The translations under genes were made by a program, and so were the position numbers. 47,377 bases of DNA from Planctomycetia bacterium (lineage in GTDB: Bacteria; Planctomycetota; UBA1135; UBA2386). The stretch is taken from the NCBI GenBank assembly GCA_005776365.1, contig SXPK01000181.1:1-47377 (forward strand), written 5' to 3'. Every line of letters starts with the position of its first letter. Positions within the stretch are counted from its first letter, which is position 1. The notes under the pieces are model-generated. The model ran no database searches. It saw only the letters and a list, made by a program, of their open reading frames with translations, and had not been told where the DNA came from. Positions 44,401 through 47,377 of this stretch are shown here, one piece after another.

Positions 44401-45114
44401 GATCGAGTCGACGGCCGCCGCGCCGCGCCGGGTCAGCAGTCGCTCGAGTCTTGCTTGCAGTCGCAGATCGGATGCCGCCGCTCGCGCCCGACGCACACGG
44501 CGTCGCAAGCCGCGATCCAGAAAGCGGGTCGCGATCGACTCCAGCAGTGCCGCCTGGTCATCGAGTTCGCGGGCATCCGTCTCTGGGTCCGCGCCATATT
44601 GAGTGAACTGGTGCGCAGCCCAGCGCTCGTCCGCCTCCCGGCGCACCGCCTCGACGTCGACGACCAGCAAGGCGCGTCGATCTCGCTCTGCGCCCACGCG
44701 CGCCGCTGCCTCGGGGTCGCCTTCGGAAGCGAGCGACGCCGATGCGTCCGCCGCCTCGAACAGCGCGTCGATGTCGTCGTCCGGCGCAGTCTCGGCATTG
44801 CGCGCACGCAGCGCCGCGAGCGAACGCCGCGCGGCTGCCATCTGCTGCGGGTTGGCCCCAACCTGCGAACCGCGTCGAAGCAACCAACGCAACTCGGCGT
44901 CGAGATCGTCGCCAGCGCCAGCGGTGGAACGAGAGAGCTCGCGGCGAAGGCAGAGTCGTTCTGTGCGCAGGGCGGGATCCGCCGAGTGCGCGTGCAGAAC
45001 TTCGCGCAAGCGCGCGATCAAAACGCTCGAGTCACCTTCCACGCAGTCGGGAGCCGAACTGTCGGTGGACAGCAGGGCGACGCGCAGCATAGGAACGCGC
45101 CGCCGCCGGGACAC
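41467..45114 (-). CDS. 1215-aa membrane protein with a voltage-sensor-like S1-S4 domain and a large uncharacterised cytoplasmic region
   Basis: Residues ~233-365: S1 VDSISFWLLFVVIGSLV; S2 LDAAAGCWFVGEFALKL; S3 FLRNALTDLLPAIPAVLLLL; S4 IRLLRLFRMGAAASGLQILRPTLRFARLL (Arg at roughly every third position). There is no adjacent pore loop. Two further TM helices lie ~230 aa later (LLFFGGLFSVLSLFW / MPLLLLGSVCLVFLVTGWWL). Confidence 0.75.
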   Translation of the reverse strand: MSRRRRVPMLRVALLSTDSSAPDCVEGDSSVLIARLREVLHAHSADPALRTERLCLRRELSRSTAGAGDDLDAELRWLLRRGSQVGANPQQMAAARRSLAALRARNAETAPDDDIDALFEAADASASLASEGDPEAAARVGAERDRRALLVVDVEAVRREADERWAAHQFTQYGADPETDARELDDQAALLESIATRFLDRGLRRRVRRARAAASDLRLQARLERLLTRRGAAAVDSISFWLLFVVIGSLVAQSSSMGEQALEWANALDAAAGCWFVGEFALKLSLSDRRGSWFLRNALTDLLPAIPAVLLLLPIPVATTHAGDAIAIRLLRLFRMGAAASGLQILRPTLRFARLLLLLVRGMDASVRRFRGVLDQTIVFLGAADPERGEPDAKQELLAKALALERVELESMPGAAGIAAAGEALADAIQRADAFRGAWTGVATMPPSREVAVDDACDFLWSLRAEDVARSLSSSEIRSLDRMLRLISAPPLRWLPLLSSFCLRGWHRTAEERVAALGRRIADWLMLWQDRLQFFADLHGIVTGPQILDRIATAMVKASQRPAVRLLFFGGLFSVLSLFWEENCLSTIVGMPLLLLGSVCLVFLVTGWWLKRIAGEASETFRLTSEAHFVALLGLQKQRHEAEDAAFLARRTIEDCAPIRTSELLSGQIRGARAGVPVDLHDFDAAQEQLASRVALLYLHFLGGALLHDSDVKTTEQILANLSLENLRLLHLGHTRKDRKRLRALRLDDGSVFRGPYLWFRFITESIAVEVSKRLLEYNRRCVPLSQRASLSPERERLLADWLRSRKDQRHGRTIERFSAEVGSAGLATTEFHALHFLAAEPERDAHVERTFGPDVLAALRSDRRHMIRTIFGMRAAENVDGVLQTLNPWRSYWSRWSHGRVLLAPLAVPLRVLRGVFWSVVRVRQIVREVVAPRLEMERRTAPVATFAVAMRKIHRMKAPGLLEATRLRVCVDPTYCGASPSFVGVAEQAASQLERDLDFLRVHERERATLLAAADTNRRHVLQLREALRWLPRVGDLGAASEVRRDGELAVTIAWMTDRDRVRTLFDAAAWSASELPTLLRDGELPGLLRATWWRLRGRWHPDAVDRWCASRVSPLSPAARSRLRLACMRDSEVRRRVEAMHEAGEERDLLALVAQRLDSCWRQGHELRNELVSLRAIQSLAVLDVRNYRALVFELGDYAADGVERSEAFSLP

Positions 45115-45144
45115 GCGCCGCCTCGCGGACGGCGCAGGTTTGCT

Positions 45145-46068
45145 TCACCAGGGACGCCGATAGAGGCGCTCGTCAGCTGCCCGAGCACCGAGGTCAGAGA
45201 ATCGGAGCTGATGCTCGGTCCCCAGCCCGTCGTTGCCTGAGACATCGAGTCGAACGATCGTGCCGCTCTCCTCGCAGCACACCACTTCGGCGCGCTTGAG
45301 GCAGAAACCGGGACGAGCCGGCGCTCCCGTGGCCTCGATGTGGACGAGGCATCGTCCGTAGGCGTCCTGGGACCGCTTCGTGGTCTTCAGTGCAAAAGTC
45401 TTGGGCAACTGCGTGACGAATGCGTGCACGTCCAAGAGCCCCATGTCGAGCACGCTGCCGATGCCGCGAAGGAATGACGGAGCCTCTTCGAGCGGACCTG
45501 CGCGGCGAATCGGTTCACCCGAGGGGCCTTGCGGGGCTTCGAACCAGAACTCATTCCCGTCGCAGCCAAAGCGCATCTCGTCGAAACGGATCGGGCCCAG
45601 CTGCAAGGCTCCGTGCACGACGAATCGGCGGCCTGGGCGCATGGTGAGCTCGAGGTCTTGCATTGGCTTCGCATGCCCGTGGGCGGAAGTCTGCAGGGAC
45701 ACGGCAAAGCAACGCTCGCCCTCCTCCCGCAGCAGACTGGCGCCGCGCATGACGGACGCGTGCGCCTCGGGCAACGGCTCACCGAAGACAGTCGGCCAGA
45801 AACACATCCCGACGATCAGCGACGCTGACAGCACGAGGAGCATCCGGTGCGGCTTCGACTGCGGCCGGCCCCAACTCAGCGCGATCGGCCGCGGATCGCC
45901 TAGCTTCGAGGTGATGCCGCGAATCGTGGTTTCCAGCGTCGCATTCTCAGTGCGCACAGCACGCATGACGCCGTCGACAAAGCGCTGTCGGGCGGTCCAT
46001 TCGCGCAACGCCAGGTCATCCGGCGATGGCGCATCGCCGCCTGAGAGATCGGTATCGTCGTTTTGCAT
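45145..46068 (-). CDS. Single-pass membrane protein, putative anti-sigma factor partner of the upstream ECF sigma
   Basis: Its position is 72 nt downstream of the ECF sigma gene. Short cytoplasmic N-terminus, a TM (MLLVLSASLIVGMCFWP) and a ~210-aa extracytoplasmic domain. No zinc-binding HxxxCxxC motif is seen, so the call rests on context. Confidence 0.5.
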   Translation of the reverse strand: MQNDDTDLSGGDAPSPDDLALREWTARQRFVDGVMRAVRTENATLETTIRGITSKLGDPRPIALSWGRPQSKPHRMLLVLSASLIVGMCFWPTVFGEPLPEAHASVMRGASLLREEGERCFAVSLQTSAHGHAKPMQDLELTMRPGRRFVVHGALQLGPIRFDEMRFGCDGNEFWFEAPQGPSGEPIRRAGPLEEAPSFLRGIGSVLDMGLLDVHAFVTQLPKTFALKTTKRSQDAYGRCLVHIEATGAPARPGFCLKRAEVVCCEESGTIVRLDVSGNDGLGTEHQLRFSDLGARAADERLYRRPW

Positions 46069-46140
46069 GGCCTGGGAGTGAGGTCCTAGGTGGTCGTCGG
46101 AGTGAGCCGACGGCGCGGATCAAGGGGAGTCGCCCGTCGA

Positions 46141-46689
46141 TCATCCACCCTTGCGCAACAACGCTGGGGGCGAAGGCATCCGGCTTTCCATCTCCCGCAG
46201 GAGGGCCGCACGCCCTCGCTGCATGTGCTTTTTCACTGCTTCTGTGCCCAGCCCGAGTCGTGTGGCGATCTCAGCGCAGGACATATCTTGTTCATAGTGT
46301 AGATCGAGAACCTGCCGCTGGAGCGGGGTGAGGCGCGTCAATCCAGTGCGAAGGGCGTTTACCCTCTCCTCAAATGTGTCGCCCGACGCCTGGTCGAGGC
46401 GATCGAATTGCCCTTCCAGCGCCTGCAAGTCCTCGGCTTCCAAGTAGGTCACCTTCGAACGACTCTGCTTGCGCCGGTAGTTCCACAGCAGACGGCTCGC
46501 GATGCCACGGACCCAGGGGCCAAACGGCAATGTGCGGTCGTAGCGGTCGAGGTTCGACCACGCGACGAGGAAGGTCTCCTGCACGAGGTCCTCAGCCGGG
46601 GCCGCGTTGCGAATCGATGCGAGCAAGAATGCGCGCACAGAACAGATGTGCTCGCGAACGAGCACTTCGAATAGGTGCTTGGGATCCAA
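46141..46689 (-). CDS. ECF-type RNA polymerase sigma-70 family factor
   Basis: Region 2 (DLVQETFLVAWSNLDRYDRTLPFGPWVRGIASRLLWNYRR) and region 4 HTH (LHYEQDMSCAEIATRLGLGTEAVKKHMQRGRAAL). Confidence 0.9.
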   Translation of the reverse strand: MDPKHLFEVLVREHICSVRAFLLASIRNAAPAEDLVQETFLVAWSNLDRYDRTLPFGPWVRGIASRLLWNYRRKQSRSKVTYLEAEDLQALEGQFDRLDQASGDTFEERVNALRTGLTRLTPLQRQVLDLHYEQDMSCAEIATRLGLGTEAVKKHMQRGRAALLREMESRMPSPPALLRKGG

Positions 46690-46986
46690 AATAAGTGCGC
46701 GTGTGAGCGCGCCAAGTCGAGACTACTTCGATGATGCAGCGACTGACGCTTTGCGCAATGCCCCCGATCCGCAGCGAAAAACGCGTCGTTCGGCCAATCG
46801 GGATCTCGCGGCGATGCAGCGCATCTGCCAGCACGCTGCGGCGAATCGAATCGGATCCCAACGCGCCAAGAATCACGCATCGCCGCACGACACTCACGGC
46901 CTGACGCAATCGCACCTAGGGACAAGTGCCCGCAGAATCTACGCAGTCGCTGCAACCACTTCCGCGCAGGCGATGACGCGTCGCTC

Positions 46987-47377
46987 TCAGCGACCGAGAG
47001 CCGCGAGCACGCGTGCCTTCACTTCGTCGGCAGTGCACTCGCTCTTCTGCATGCCCTTGCGCACGAGGAACTCGACGCCGCCTTCGGCTGCCTTGCGTCC
47101 GACGAAGACCTGCACCGGGATGCCGATGAGCTCGAGGTCCTTGAACTTCGCGCCGGGGCTCATCGGGCGATCGTCGATGCACACGTCGAGGCCAGCGGCC
47201 TTCAACTCGGCGAAGAGGCTCTCCGCGAGCGCGACCTGTTCATCGCGCTTGGGATCGAGCATCGCAACGACGCACTCGAACGGAGCAATCGAAGCGGGCC
47301 ATACGATTCCCTTGTCGTCATGGTGCTGCTCGACGGCAGACGCTGGCGTGCGCGACACGCCGATGCCGTAGCAACCC
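46987..47377 (-). CDS. proS: Prolyl-tRNA synthetase, C-terminal anticodon-binding part (partial; continues beyond the window)
   Basis: The reverse strand from the window edge reads GCYGIGVSRTPASAVEQHHDDKGIVWPASIAPFECVV..DDRPMSPGAKFKDLELIGIPVQVFVGRK, the conserved ProRS C-terminus. Confidence 0.85.
   Translation of the reverse strand, partial: GCYGIGVSRTPASAVEQHHDDKGIVWPASIAPFECVVAMLDPKRDEQVALAESLFAELKAAGLDVCIDDRPMSPGAKFKDLELIGIPVQVFVGRKAAEGGVEFLVRKGMQKSECTADEVKARVLAALGR

Noticed and set aside
46690-46986. Autoregulated ECF promoter (GGAAC-N16/17-CGT type) upstream of the sigma gene
   Set aside because: Only a weak GAAC..N17..GGATC-like match is seen on the minus strand (around 46770-46800), which is not convincing without a genome-wide motif model.
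1-47377. Search for CRISPR arrays, tRNA/rRNA genes, IS elements, integrases, reverse transcriptases and toxin-antitoxin pairs
   Set aside because: I noticed no regularly spaced short repeats, no tRNA-like cloverleaf candidates, no DDE/tyrosine/serine recombinase motifs and no RT motifs in any long ORF. This was a by-eye scan, so small RNAs could have been missed.

Overview
High-GC bacterial chromosomal window: hand counts of sample lines give about 70% GC in core genes and 58-62% in some accessory genes. I support about 37 protein-coding genes and found no rRNA, tRNA, CRISPR array, transposase or integrase. DUF1573 proteins, prepilin-like genes, an FGE-sulfatase lipoprotein, an ECF sigma factor and many large exported proteins suggest a Planctomycetota/PVC-like organism; that is inference only.

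Layout:
- (1) 1-11640 is an accessory stretch. It sits between the 3' end of a Tex/YhgF-like gene (body upstream of the window) and a convergent membrane/TPR-like gene (11641-12375). Four direct copies of the tex 3' end and one copy of the TPR-like gene's 3' end punctuate it. The cargo is small exported-protein genes: a Cys-rich protein, a CarboxypepD_reg-like membrane protein, an FGE-sulfatase lipoprotein, an FG-GAP propeller, a glyoxal/galactose-oxidase-like protein, a DUF4143 ATPase and a secreted hypothetical.
- (2) A GT87/DUF2029 glycosyltransferase follows, then a Bat (aerotolerance-type) operon that appears split. DUF58, a DUF4381-like gene, batA and batB lie at 28974-32837; batC, batD and batE lie at 13862-16790.
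- (3) The roughly 12 kb between the two Bat halves encodes a tandemly duplicated two-gene module (large PKD-containing secreted protein plus DUF1573 protein). It also holds a 687-aa secreted protein, a kexin-like S8 peptidase and an MmcQ/YjbR protein with a Lys/Ala/Pro tail.
- (4) Next come a DUF4139 protein, a secreted thioredoxin-like/TPR-like protein and an EamA transporter.
- (5) A four-gene pseudopilin cluster follows, with no ATPase, platform or secretin gene.
- (6) The last operon candidate is ECF sigma, a putative anti-sigma protein and a 1215-aa protein with a voltage-sensor-like S1-S4 domain. The 3' end of proS closes the window.

Most notable signals:
- the repeated tex 3' ends, including a permuted TPR|tex junction;
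- a C-terminal module of about 120 aa shared by four exported proteins;
- the split Bat operon;
- the sigma-linked voltage-sensor giant.
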